Notes: a model not told the origin generated them from the letters alone. A DNA stretch of 29,817 nucleotides from Patescibacteria group bacterium (GCA_038057175.1 JBBUDS010000001.1:1-29817), one strand, 5' to 3'; counted from the stretch's first letter, positions 8,676 to 17,694 are shown. Numbers and translations are program-made.

Positions 8676-8845
8676 TCGACGAACGAAGGTGATTGACGAG
8701 CGAAGGCGAGGAAATGCTGAGATCAGCAGATCGAATGTAGGAGGTACTGAGCGCAGCGACTGAGCGAGAGCGAAGAAGTGCTGAGCTTAGAAAAGCGAAC
8801 GTGTAGCGCGAATGTGTTTTGGTCGGGAGTAACGTCTAATAAAAT

Positions 8846-9367
8846 ATGGAAACAAATTTTCACAAAACAATCATAGGAATTATTGGTGGTCATGAGCATA
8901 ATACAAATCAAGAAGCATTATCTCTTGCGGAAAAAACTGGAGAACAATTAGCGAACCTTGGCATCACAATTGCTTGTGGTGGTGAGGATGGGATCATGGA
9001 AGCAGTTTGCAAAGGAGCAAAACATGCCAATGGCACGACAATAGCCATCACTAAGAGTAATAAGAAAGGAGACGCGAATAGATATGTTGATTATGTAATC
9101 CCAACGGCGCTCGATCTTGCTTTTATGAATGTCCTCGCTTGGTCGTCTGATGCGATAATTGCATTTGATGGGCGTTTTGGAACGATGTGTGAAATTGGTT
9201 TAATTCTCGATATCGGTAGACCTTTAGTGCTTCTTGGTAAACACGAGTTAATTCATACCGATAAAATAAGGGTTCAGAACTTCGCTCATTTCGAAGAATA
9301 TTCTGATGAAAATATTCAGAAAGCTATTGACTTTATAATGCAGCATATTCCTAGAAATATCTCATAA
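8846..9367 (+). CDS. LOG/SLOG-family nucleotide-binding protein (TIGR00725-like)
   Basis: IGIIGG; CGGEDGIMEAVCKGAKHANGTT; DAIIAFDGRFGTMCEI. Confidence 0.8.
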   Translation: METNFHKTIIGIIGGHEHNTNQEALSLAEKTGEQLANLGITIACGGEDGIMEAVCKGAKHANGTTIAITKSNKKGDANRYVDYVIPTALDLAFMNVLAWSSDAIIAFDGRFGTMCEIGLILDIGRPLVLLGKHELIHTDKIRVQNFAHFEEYSDENIQKAIDFIMQHIPRNIS

Positions 9368-9373
9368 AATAAT

Positions 9374-9940
9374 ATGCCATACTCAAGCTTTGTTTTCGAT
9401 AGATCTATAGAAGAAATTATTCGACTATTAAAACCAGAGGCTCTTTTTGATCTTGGTGCCGGTGCCGGAAAATATGGCGAGTTAGTAAGAAATATAAATC
9501 CATCCATAAAATTAACAGCTGTTGAAATTGAGGTGGACTATGTAAAAAAGTTTAATCTTTCTTCAATTTATGATGAAGTATGGAACATTTCTGCTACGGA
9601 TTTAATTAATCCAAAATACTACGATGTAACTTTTGATGTAGTTATGATCGGCGATATTATTGAGCATTTGAAAAAATCAGATGGTATTGATTTACTAAAT
9701 TTTTTAATTTATAGGTGTCGCTGGATTATCCTTGAATTTCCCTATCGCTATATCCAAAATTCTGTTGACGGATATTATTCAGAGGCTCATATATCAGTAT
9801 GGACTAAAGATGACTTTGTCTCGTTTGAAAGGACTCAGCTATATGCGAGAGGCACCCAATGCTTAGTCGTACTTCGCGGGTATCTTGAAAACAAGATTTC
9901 TATTGCAGATATTGAGGTAGCAATTAATAAAAATGAATAA
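9374..9940 (+). CDS. Class I SAM-dependent methyltransferase
   Basis: LFDLGAGAGKYG motif I; FDVVMIGDIIEHL. Confidence 0.85.
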   Translation: MPYSSFVFDRSIEEIIRLLKPEALFDLGAGAGKYGELVRNINPSIKLTAVEIEVDYVKKFNLSSIYDEVWNISATDLINPKYYDVTFDVVMIGDIIEHLKKSDGIDLLNFLIYRCRWIILEFPYRYIQNSVDGYYSEAHISVWTKDDFVSFERTQLYARGTQCLVVLRGYLENKISIADIEVAINKNE

Positions 9941-10760
9941 TAATGATTTAAAAATTGGCGCGTGCATTATGGTGCATAATATGGCCCCTTTTATTGGAGC
10001 TTGTGTACAGTCGCTTCAATGGACAAACGGAATATTTGTATATGACGACCATTCTACTGACGGAAGTATTGATGTGGCACAAGCACAGTCTGAAATACCA
10101 ATTAATGTTGAATACTCAAAAAATAAGGATGTAGCTTTTAAGAGAGGGGAACTCGAGACTCGAAATTACGTTATTGATCGAGCCTTCAAGGCGCTCGGTG
10201 TTGATATTTTAGTGATTGCAGATGCCGACGAATTATTTTCATCATTACTGCGTTCAAAAATAATCGAATCTTTTAGTGATCCTGATACGGATAGTATGGC
10301 TTTCTCAATATGGCATCTATATGATGAAAAACAATATATTCATTTTTGGGAAACAAAGATCAATGGTGTGGACATGATTGATCCGCATACGCGCATTATT
10401 AAAAAAGATAAACATTTCATTCCTCTTTTTGAGGACGGTAGTCATCCAATTCTTGAGCTGACTAAACACACCGCGTGCTTCCATGGTCCTTACCACTTTC
10501 ATCTTAAATATCACTATAAAAGCACTCTCCCTAACTACTCGATTTATTTTTTACCTGAAAGACCACGTAAAAAAGATGTATTACCATATCTCAGACCGCT
10601 GCCTTTTGAGTTACCTATCGATATAAAATCAGCCATTTCATTAGTAGATTGGGGAAATTTACCATCATATAAAGAAACACCACACCATTCGCTAAAACGC
10701 ATAAAATTTACTGATCCAAGAGAAGCTTTAATTCATCCCAAAGATAAAATAAATATATGA
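9933..10760 (+). CDS. Glycosyltransferase, GT-A fold (family 2-like)
   Basis: IMVHN..PFIGACVQSL; VYDDHSTDGS; DADE (DxD) motif. Confidence 0.8.
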   Translation: MNNNDLKIGACIMVHNMAPFIGACVQSLQWTNGIFVYDDHSTDGSIDVAQAQSEIPINVEYSKNKDVAFKRGELETRNYVIDRAFKALGVDILVIADADELFSSLLRSKIIESFSDPDTDSMAFSIWHLYDEKQYIHFWETKINGVDMIDPHTRIIKKDKHFIPLFEDGSHPILELTKHTACFHGPYHFHLKYHYKSTLPNYSIYFLPERPRKKDVLPYLRPLPFELPIDIKSAISLVDWGNLPSYKETPHHSLKRIKFTDPREALIHPKDKINI

Positions 10761-11701
10761 TAAATCTTGAACGAGGAAAAGATGTATTGCTTTTCTATGA
10801 AAAGCACAAATGGGATTATGTTGAAAGGTATTCAAAAAGGAGTATCTCTGGTTTTTATGCATGGTATATGCTTCTTGTTTGTGCCCTGAAAGAAAGTGGC
10901 TATCGTGTGTATGAAAATGATTATAAATTAGCTCTGGCTAATCCAACTTATCCTATAGGTATTATCGGTACGCCAGATTGTATTCCAAAATGGTCATTAC
11001 CAAATCCTGCAATTTTAGGTCCAAGCATGTATGACAGCCCATTTCAAAATCCAAATTTGATGAAAGACCCAAGGTTTAAATATTATTTACTGACATGCGC
11101 TTGGCTTAAAAATGTTTTTGAAAAAGTATATGGTGATACATGCGTATTGTGGCGTGCAGGAATTTCAACGAATGAGTGGAAAGATACAAAAAATAATAAA
11201 AAATCTATCGAGGTACTTATTTATGATAAAATACGCTGGGAAAGAGAAAGAACTATTCCATTTTTTCTTGATCCGATTAAGGCCTATCTGGGTAAAAGGG
11301 GTCTATCATATTTTGTATTACCATATGGAAATATCACCCATGAAATTTACAAAGATTTATTAAGTAAAAGCCGATCGATGATTTTTCTTTGTGAACACGA
11401 AACTCAGGGAATTGCTTATCAGGAAGCCCTTGCTTCAAATGTGCCTATTATCGCATGGGATCATGGATGGTGGACTGATCCTATCTGGCCTGCATTCTCT
11501 AAAAATCCTATTCCCGCGACATCTGTACCAAACTTCTCAAAAGAGTGCGGGGAAAGATTTAAGATGATTTCAGATTTCCCAAAAACTTTTGATAGATTTT
11601 GGGCTAATATTGATTTGTATACGCCACGCGCTTATATAAAAAAAGAAGTTTCCTTCAAAGTATCAGCTGATTTATATGTAAGATATTATTTTAGCATCTA
11701 A
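10757..11701 (+). CDS. Glycosyltransferase, GT-B fold (family 4-like)
   Basis: HETQGIAYQEALASNVPIIAWD (E-x7-E motif). Confidence 0.75.
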   Translation: MINLERGKDVLLFYEKHKWDYVERYSKRSISGFYAWYMLLVCALKESGYRVYENDYKLALANPTYPIGIIGTPDCIPKWSLPNPAILGPSMYDSPFQNPNLMKDPRFKYYLLTCAWLKNVFEKVYGDTCVLWRAGISTNEWKDTKNNKKSIEVLIYDKIRWERERTIPFFLDPIKAYLGKRGLSYFVLPYGNITHEIYKDLLSKSRSMIFLCEHETQGIAYQEALASNVPIIAWDHGWWTDPIWPAFSKNPIPATSVPNFSKECGERFKMISDFPKTFDRFWANIDLYTPRAYIKKEVSFKVSADLYVRYYFSI

Positions 11702-11706
11702 CTATC

Positions 11707-12726
11707 ATGGCGATTTATAAATGTGCATGGTTTATAAATTTTACTGGTATTGGAAATGGAGTAACCATTGCACCTCTACTTCGATGTTTTGAAAAAAGTT
11801 ATCCGACAACGGAATATTTTCATACTGAAAATGAAATTCTTTCAAACGGGTGGTTTGTTGAAAAAGCTAGGTTGAGCAAGTTGAAAGGATTTAGTCCAAT
11901 TGCGTGGAGACGGTTTAATAAAGAAGACTGGGACAAGATCGTTGATTTTGTAAATCAAAATCAGATTGATTTGATTGTTAACTTACGCAATGAGGGCCCA
12001 AGGTATGATACTGGTTATTATGAATTTAAGAAATTTTTAAAGCAGGATCGTGATATTATTTTTTGGGATTTGGATTTTAATATTATTGAAAATAGAAAAA
12101 AGCAGGAAAATTTGACCGGTGATCTTTTGAAAATGTTTCAGCAGCAAAATGTTAGTATTTCTTATTACGAACCTCGGTGGCTCGCTACTAATAGTGAAGA
12201 CAAAAGTGAGGTTGGTTTTGGTATGGCTGCTAGTCAGAAAAATAAACGTTGGCCAACACATAAATGGGTTGAACTAGCACAAAAAATACTAAAAAATACT
12301 AACATCAAAATAATTTTATTTCATGGCTTGTCACAGGAGGAAGTAGATGGAGCAGTAGAAGTACAAAAAGTTATTGGATTGAGTAGGTGCGAAATGATAA
12401 ATCACCAGGAGCTTAACCGTATTGCAATTATGCTGGGAAAGTTAAAATGTTTCATCTCAAATGATTCAGGTCTTTTGCATATTTGTTCCGCGACTGGAAC
12501 TCCTACGGTCGGTTTATACACAAACACCGATCCTGATATTTGGGCACCTTACGATAAAGCAAATTTTTTATACTGCACTAACATTTTTATGGAAAAATGT
12601 CTTGCGCGCAAAATATATTGTGGAAACTGTTTTCATTATTATGGTCCTTGTCCGGCAATTATTAAGTATGGCGACAGTATCAGCCCTAAGCAGGTATTTG
12701 AACTAGTTAAGGAAATAATTGCCTAA
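11707..12726 (+). CDS. Glycosyltransferase family 9 (heptosyltransferase-like)
   Basis: GIGNGV..APLLR; AASQKNKRWP; ISNDSGLLHICSATGTPTVGLY; Cys-rich tail. Confidence 0.85.
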   Translation: MAIYKCAWFINFTGIGNGVTIAPLLRCFEKSYPTTEYFHTENEILSNGWFVEKARLSKLKGFSPIAWRRFNKEDWDKIVDFVNQNQIDLIVNLRNEGPRYDTGYYEFKKFLKQDRDIIFWDLDFNIIENRKKQENLTGDLLKMFQQQNVSISYYEPRWLATNSEDKSEVGFGMAASQKNKRWPTHKWVELAQKILKNTNIKIILFHGLSQEEVDGAVEVQKVIGLSRCEMINHQELNRIAIMLGKLKCFISNDSGLLHICSATGTPTVGLYTNTDPDIWAPYDKANFLYCTNIFMEKCLARKIYCGNCFHYYGPCPAIIKYGDSISPKQVFELVKEIIA

Positions 12727-12908
12727 GTATCTTTTCTAGCTTTTTTATTTTTTGTAATTTCGAGTACTCCCTACAAGTAATTTTTCGTAAGAACTATATA
12801 TTTTTGTTTTAGATTTTTTAGAGTATGGCTAGTAAAAGTTTCTAGTATACTAACTTACAAAAAGTTTTCTTTTTCGTGCGTTTTTTAGAGATATGACGTA
12901 TAATAGCT

Positions 12909-13379
12909 ATGATTATGGAAAACTGTATTTTTTGTAAAATTGTAATGGGAGAGGCGTCTGCGCATAAGATATGGGAAGATAATAAACATCTTGCTTTCTT
13001 GTCCATATTTCCCAATACCGAAGGATTTTCTGTTGTTATCACGAAGGAGCATTACTCAAGTTATGCTTTTGATTTACCGGATGAGGTCTTGGCAGATCTT
13101 GTCCTTGCTTCAAAAAAAGTTGCCAGACTATTGGATAGTAAATTAGATGATATTGGACGAACCGGTATGATTTTTGAGGGTTTTGGCGTTGATCATGTGC
13201 ACGCCAAGCTTTTTCCAATGCATGGAACAAGAAGTGGCGAGTGGATGGCGCATAAGAGTAATGTGAAAAAATATTTTGAAAAATACGAAGGCTACATTTC
13301 ATCGCACGATTATGAAAGAGCCGATGACCAGAAATTGGCAGAGCTTGCAGAAAAAATAAAAAATATGTCAAGGGAGTAG
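12909..13379 (+). CDS. HIT-family nucleotide hydrolase (HxHxK variant)
   Basis: CIFCKI, IWEDNKHLAFLSIFP, GFSVVITKEH, DHVHAKLFP. Confidence 0.85.
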   Translation: MIMENCIFCKIVMGEASAHKIWEDNKHLAFLSIFPNTEGFSVVITKEHYSSYAFDLPDEVLADLVLASKKVARLLDSKLDDIGRTGMIFEGFGVDHVHAKLFPMHGTRSGEWMAHKSNVKKYFEKYEGYISSHDYERADDQKLAELAEKIKNMSRE

Positions 13380-13500
13380 ATATTTACGAGTTCTATTAAA
13401 TCATGCTATGCTTATTATGCAATATATTTATTCATTAGAAGCATAGTCGAGTTTCTATAATGTTTAAATTTGCAAAGCAAGGTATTATAACAAAAAACTA

Positions 13501-13722
13501 ATGAGCACAGGTACTATTAAAAAGTTAATTCCAGGCAAAGACTTTGGTTTTATAGCCGCTGATGACCAACAGCCTGGAGACAAGGACTTGTTTTTTCATA
13601 AAGACTCTCTCATCGAAATGGCGCTGGACGACCTTAAGGAAGGTGACAAGGTATCCTATGATACAGAACCATCAGACAGAGAAGATAGGGGACCGAAGGC
13701 GGTCAATATAAAACGAGTCTAG
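13501..13722 (+). CDS. Cold-shock domain protein
   Basis: GTIKK...KDFGFI (RNP1), DLFFHKDSL (RNP2), GDKVSY, RGPKAVNI. Confidence 0.92.
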   Translation: MSTGTIKKLIPGKDFGFIAADDQQPGDKDLFFHKDSLIEMALDDLKEGDKVSYDTEPSDREDRGPKAVNIKRV

Positions 13723-13737
13723 TTTTCGTAAGATTAT

Positions 13738-13760
13738 AAAAGGGCCCCAAGGGTCCTTTT
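13738..13760 (+). terminator. Intrinsic terminator (possibly bidirectional)
   Basis: AAAAGGGCCC-CAA-GGGTCCTTTT. Confidence 0.7.
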
Positions 13761-13767
13761 ATATTTA

Positions 13768-13937
13768 CTGACAGAACGCCACGAGCGTAAGCTCGTGGAT
13801 GAATGTCAGCCCGTAAGTTGCCCGAAGGGCAACTGGAGGTAAATATATAGACCCTGCGCAGTTGCGCAAGATTCAAATGAGCGCAACTGCGCAGAAGGTA
13901 CGTAAGTACCATGCCCGTAAGGGCGGGGGTCTCTATA
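13768..13937. other. Multi-hairpin non-coding element (structured RNA or IS200/IS605-type MITE)
   Basis: Five stem-loops, including CCACGAGC-GTAA-GCTCGTGG, AGTTGCCC-GAA-GGGCAACT and a perfect 14-bp stem CTGCGCAGTTGCGC/GCGCAACTGCGCAG. Confidence 0.6.
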
Positions 13938-13972
13938 ATTCTGCAGATTAAGTTTGGAAATACGAAGCTGGC

Positions 13973-14000
13973 TTGACATTTTTATATATTTTGTTATTTT
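13973..14000 (+). promoter_or_regulatory. Possible sigma70 promoter
   Basis: TTGACA (13973-13978), 16 bp spacer, TGn-TATTTT. Confidence 0.4.
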
Positions 14001-14039
14001 ATATAGTGAGTTATTTAACATTTTAAACAGGAGTATTGA

Positions 14040-14780
14040 ATGCCAACCAATGCAGATAGAGCAAATAAAATTAGGTTAGGATTTTCAACGGGATGTCTTT
14101 ATAAGTCTGAACCCAGCATAATTCGACGCTTAGAGGTGATAAGGAATATCGGTTGTCGTACGGTTGAACTGGGATTCGTAAAATTGGATGGTTTTTGGGG
14201 TGAGATAGATCAGGTAATTTCACAACCGAAATGCTTGGATGACTTTGATTATGTAAGTCTGCATGCACCAGTTGCGCCATATGGTTTCGATCGTGATTCG
14301 ATGAATATTTTTAGAAAGATTGCCCAGCTACATCTTATTCGGAAATTAAATTTGGTAGTTTTTCATCCGGATGAGGTAAAAGGTTTTGAATTTTTTCCTA
14401 GCTGGGCGAATAGTATAGATTTGCCATTCGCTTTTGAAAATATGGATAACCGAAAGGGATCATATAAAAACCTACTCGATATGCAGGGCTTGTCATGCTG
14501 TGTCTATAGATTCCGGATGGTCTTAGATGTAAATCATGCCTTTTCCAACGATCCGACGATGGGGCTCGCGCGGGATTTTCATCGGTGTTTTAAGGGATCT
14601 ATTGTTCAGACGCATCTTAGCGGATATAAGAATGGCCATGTACCTCTGTTTGAAACCAAGCAAATCGAAATCATAGAGGGCGTACGAAACATAAAAAAGC
14701 CCATTATTATTGAGAGTGTTTTGGAGTCCTATCAGTTATCGCAAGAAAGAAATTATATTTTAGAGGTTCTTGAAAAATAA
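14040..14780 (+). CDS. Xylose-isomerase-like / AP-endonuclease-2 TIM-barrel metalloenzyme
   Basis: LGFSTG, VEL, SLHAP, VVFHP, FENMD, LDVNHA, THLS, HVPL, IIES metal-ligand pattern. RBS AGGAG. Confidence 0.8.
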   Translation: MPTNADRANKIRLGFSTGCLYKSEPSIIRRLEVIRNIGCRTVELGFVKLDGFWGEIDQVISQPKCLDDFDYVSLHAPVAPYGFDRDSMNIFRKIAQLHLIRKLNLVVFHPDEVKGFEFFPSWANSIDLPFAFENMDNRKGSYKNLLDMQGLSCCVYRFRMVLDVNHAFSNDPTMGLARDFHRCFKGSIVQTHLSGYKNGHVPLFETKQIEIIEGVRNIKKPIIIESVLESYQLSQERNYILEVLEK

Positions 14781-14793
14781 AATTGATAAAACT

Positions 14794-14820
14794 AAAACCG
14801 AAGTATACTCGGTTTTATTT
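14794..14820 (+). terminator. Intrinsic terminator
   Basis: AAAACCGA-AGTATAC-TCGGTTTT plus T-rich tail. Confidence 0.6.
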
Positions 14821-14881
14821 TAACTAGTGAGGAGCAAAATGGAAATTTATTTCCATTTTATCCGAACGAAGTTAAAAGTGG

Positions 14882-14960
14882 GAATACTACGCCGCTTGCG
14901 GCGTTATCAAGAGAAACGAAGTTTCCTTTGATACCTCGCGGCTTGCCGCGAGGAGTATTC
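14882..14960. repeat. Cloverleaf palindromic element (REP/IS200-end-like)
   Basis: GAATACT/AGTATTC closes three hairpins: ACGCCGC-TT-GCGGCGT, TATCAA..GAAAC-GAA-GTTTC..TTGATA and CCTCGCGGC-TT-GCCGCGAGG. Confidence 0.7.
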
Positions 14961-14995
14961 ATTTTGGCTAAATTTTTGATATAATAAGCATAAAT

Positions 14996-15553
14996 ATGGA
15001 TTCACTTATTTTTTATATTTTTCTTTTTGTTCATCTTACTTCTTTGATCGTTGGCTTCGGCGCTGTTTTGGTTACCGATTTTTTTGGCCTACTGTGGTTG
15101 CGTAAAAAAATAACCATGGAATTCATGGTTAATATTTCTGGTCAAACTAAAAAATTGATTTGGCTGGGTTGGTTTGGATTGGTATTTTCCGGTATATTTT
15201 TGATAGCTCAAAAGGGATATATAGACAACCTTACTCAGATAAAATTATTTTTTGTGGCCATGATTGGGGTTAATGGTATTTTTCTTCATAAAATCCACAA
15301 GATGTTGGATAGATTTGGTGATAATGATTTACCCCCTCTTTTCAAATTTCGTATTGCTTTGGCAAGTATAGTTTCTCAAGTTGGTTGGTGGGGAGCTATA
15401 TTTATCGGTTTTATTCATCGCCATTGGAGACACGACATTCCTTGGCCGGAAAACCCATGGTTTTATATGTTATTAATTGCCGGCACTTTTATGGTACTCT
15501 TGCTTATTGGCGAATTAATTTTAGGCCACAATAGAAATAATAATCAGAATTGA
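14996..15553 (+). CDS. Integral membrane protein of unknown function
   Basis: About five hydrophobic helices; FLFVHLTSLIVGFGAV start. Confidence 0.75.
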   Translation: MDSLIFYIFLFVHLTSLIVGFGAVLVTDFFGLLWLRKKITMEFMVNISGQTKKLIWLGWFGLVFSGIFLIAQKGYIDNLTQIKLFFVAMIGVNGIFLHKIHKMLDRFGDNDLPPLFKFRIALASIVSQVGWWGAIFIGFIHRHWRHDIPWPENPWFYMLLIAGTFMVLLLIGELILGHNRNNNQN

Positions 15554-16419
15554 TGAATAGAAAAACTATTATTTTAATTACCTTATTTGTGGTTGTCGGC
15601 GCGACCCTATTTTTTTATAAGGATTATTTTTTTGATTTATCACCAAAGCTTTCCGATATAGGGAAAACCGCGGAGATATTAGTAGGGGATATTAAAAAAG
15701 AAATAAGTAATCCACCGCCATTGAGGATGATACGGGAATCAGAACGGTCTTATTTAACACGAGCTGGTACGATTAAATTTACCAACATGCAAAGAGTTAA
15801 TAACGGCGGTCTGGCTCTGTTGTTGGAAAATAGCCAATTAAATGCAGTAGCTTCGCGCAAGGTACAGGATATGTTTAATCGCCAATATTTTGAACATGTT
15901 TCTCCTGACGGTAAGAACGTTGGCGATTTGGTTGACGGTGTTGGTTACGAATACATTGCCGTGGGTGAAAATTTGGCACTCGGTAATTACAAAGACGATC
16001 AGGAGTTAGTACAGGCCTGGATGGATAGTCCCGGTCATAGGGCGAATATTTTAAGTTCTAAGTTTAAAGAGATTGGTGTTGCCGTGGGTAAGGGAATGTT
16101 TGAGGGAAAAGAAACGTGGCTTGCGGTGCAGACCTTTGCTTTGCCGCTAGATTTTTGTCCGCAAGCTGATGATTCATTAAAATCGCAAATAAGCTGGTTA
16201 GAGTTGCAGGTTGCAGAATTAAAGGTTAAGGCAGATTTATTATTAGATGAATTGGATTTATATAAAAAACGGGGAGATAAAGACGGATATAATAAAAAAG
16301 TTGAAGAATATAACGCTGTAGTCAAACAAATTAACGATTTGGTCGCTCAAATTAAGACGGCGGTTATAAAATATAATGATCAGGTTAAAATGTTTAATGC
16401 CTGTATTGCCGAATCGTAA
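15553..16419 (+). CDS. CAP/SCP-domain exported protein with C-terminal coiled coil
   Basis: Signal/TM helix; YFEHVSPDG, GENLA, AWMDSPGHRANIL. ATG overlaps the upstream TGA. Confidence 0.9.
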   Translation: MNRKTIILITLFVVVGATLFFYKDYFFDLSPKLSDIGKTAEILVGDIKKEISNPPPLRMIRESERSYLTRAGTIKFTNMQRVNNGGLALLLENSQLNAVASRKVQDMFNRQYFEHVSPDGKNVGDLVDGVGYEYIAVGENLALGNYKDDQELVQAWMDSPGHRANILSSKFKEIGVAVGKGMFEGKETWLAVQTFALPLDFCPQADDSLKSQISWLELQVAELKVKADLLLDELDLYKKRGDKDGYNKKVEEYNAVVKQINDLVAQIKTAVIKYNDQVKMFNACIAES

Positions 16420-16439
16420 GTATGTATTTTGGGAATTAA

Positions 16440-16464
16440 AAAACGGAATTAACTTCCGTGTTTT
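16440..16464. terminator. Bidirectional terminator between convergent genes
   Basis: A-run, ACGGAA-TTAAC-TTCCGT, T-run. Confidence 0.5.
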
Positions 16465-16467
16465 ATT

Positions 16468-17694
16468 TTATGCTAGTTGAAGCTTTGAATTCGGGCGATA
16501 CCAGCGTCCAACTTTTCCACATGGTTGTCCGTTCACCTTGACAATGTCAGCTGTAAAATCCTGATTGCCTTTAAGAAGTGAACTCCCGCAGCCGTAAGCA
16601 TCAACCGGCACCTTTTTGTTCTCAAAGTAATTTATTTTTTCTTTAGTAAATCCGCCGGATACCACTATTTTTACATCATCGTGGCCATTCCGATCCAGTA
16701 CGCTTCGTACGTTATTAACTAACATAGGATTAACTCCGGTTGGCTTTTCGCTACCCATTTGATTGTTGCGATCTATGGATAAATCAACCATGTTTTCAGA
16801 TGTGTCTAGTCGAACGCCCCATAGCTTCAAACCTCTTTCCTTGAAGGTATTTGCGACAGAAAGCGCCGTGGTAACGCAATCATTTTTGAAGTCAACCAGA
16901 GAAATACAGGGTTTATCTGGATATTCACTTGCTAACGCCAGAGTTGCTTCTACGGTGTCGCCATGGAAGCAGGCAATCAATGCATGCGGCATGGTGCCAA
17001 GGCCTTTGGTACCCCACCATTCACCCATACTATTGGTGGCAACTCCTTTAATTCCGCCACACATTGCTGCGTAGCCATCGCCGGTTTGAGTTGTGTAATG
17101 ATCAAACCGATCAGCAAAGAAAAGAATCGGTTTTCCATTAGCCGCTTTAACTACATTAGAAACGTTGGTAGCGATTAACGTTCGTCTTGCCAGTATGCCG
17201 AGGTATACTGATTCGAGATGAGCAAAATATTGTGGCAATCCGTTGATCGTCATGACCGTCTCCCACGGACCAATCTTATCGCCGTCGTTTAACGCCATGA
17301 TTTCTAATTCATCAGATTTATCTACCCACAATTGGTAAAGCTCCATTTCAAGTTGCACCGTTTCTTTTAGTGTTTTTTCAATGCCGTGATAATCCTTTTT
17401 GATGTAGAGGACCGAAATTAATCTTTTTTGCTCTTTTAGTTTGTTAAAAATACGATTTGCGCGATTTTGATCTTTAAAAAATCCGCTGCAAAGCTTAAGA
17501 ACGGCAATGGCTTCATCGGTTCCGCAGATAACCGCATCATTTTTTTGGAAAATTTGCATTGTAACCTTTTCGGAGTAACTTCTGTTGGTTAGTATATGTT
17601 TTTCATTACAAAAGTAATCGGCACTATAATGACCAATCCTTATATCTTGTATGGGTATGCCAAATGTTTCAGCCGGTAATCTTTTATTTGCCAT
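16468..17694 (-). CDS. pncB: Nicotinate phosphoribosyltransferase (type II PRTase)
   Basis: MQIFQK, HLESVYLGILARRT, FFADRFDH, GTMPHALIA, SLVDFKND, WGVRLDTS, IVVSGGF, DFTADIV. Coupled to the nicotinamidase gene. Confidence 0.85.
   Translation of the reverse strand: MANKRLPAETFGIPIQDIRIGHYSADYFCNEKHILTNRSYSEKVTMQIFQKNDAVICGTDEAIAVLKLCSGFFKDQNRANRIFNKLKEQKRLISVLYIKKDYHGIEKTLKETVQLEMELYQLWVDKSDELEIMALNDGDKIGPWETVMTINGLPQYFAHLESVYLGILARRTLIATNVSNVVKAANGKPILFFADRFDHYTTQTGDGYAAMCGGIKGVATNSMGEWWGTKGLGTMPHALIACFHGDTVEATLALASEYPDKPCISLVDFKNDCVTTALSVANTFKERGLKLWGVRLDTSENMVDLSIDRNNQMGSEKPTGVNPMLVNNVRSVLDRNGHDDVKIVVSGGFTKEKINYFENKKVPVDAYGCGSSLLKGNQDFTADIVKVNGQPCGKVGRWYRPNSKLQLA

Noticed and set aside
8676-8833. 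CRISPR array
   Set aside because: Repeats are 8-12 nt, imperfect and irregularly spaced; no cas genes.
13806-14021. Small minus-strand ORFs over the hairpin element (also 13703-13912 and 8723-8911)
   Set aside because: The sequence is explained by stem-loop or repeat structure; no protein-like signal.
14882-14960. tRNA gene
   Set aside because: Cloverleaf geometry only; no TTC T-loop, GG D-loop or 7-nt anticodon loop.
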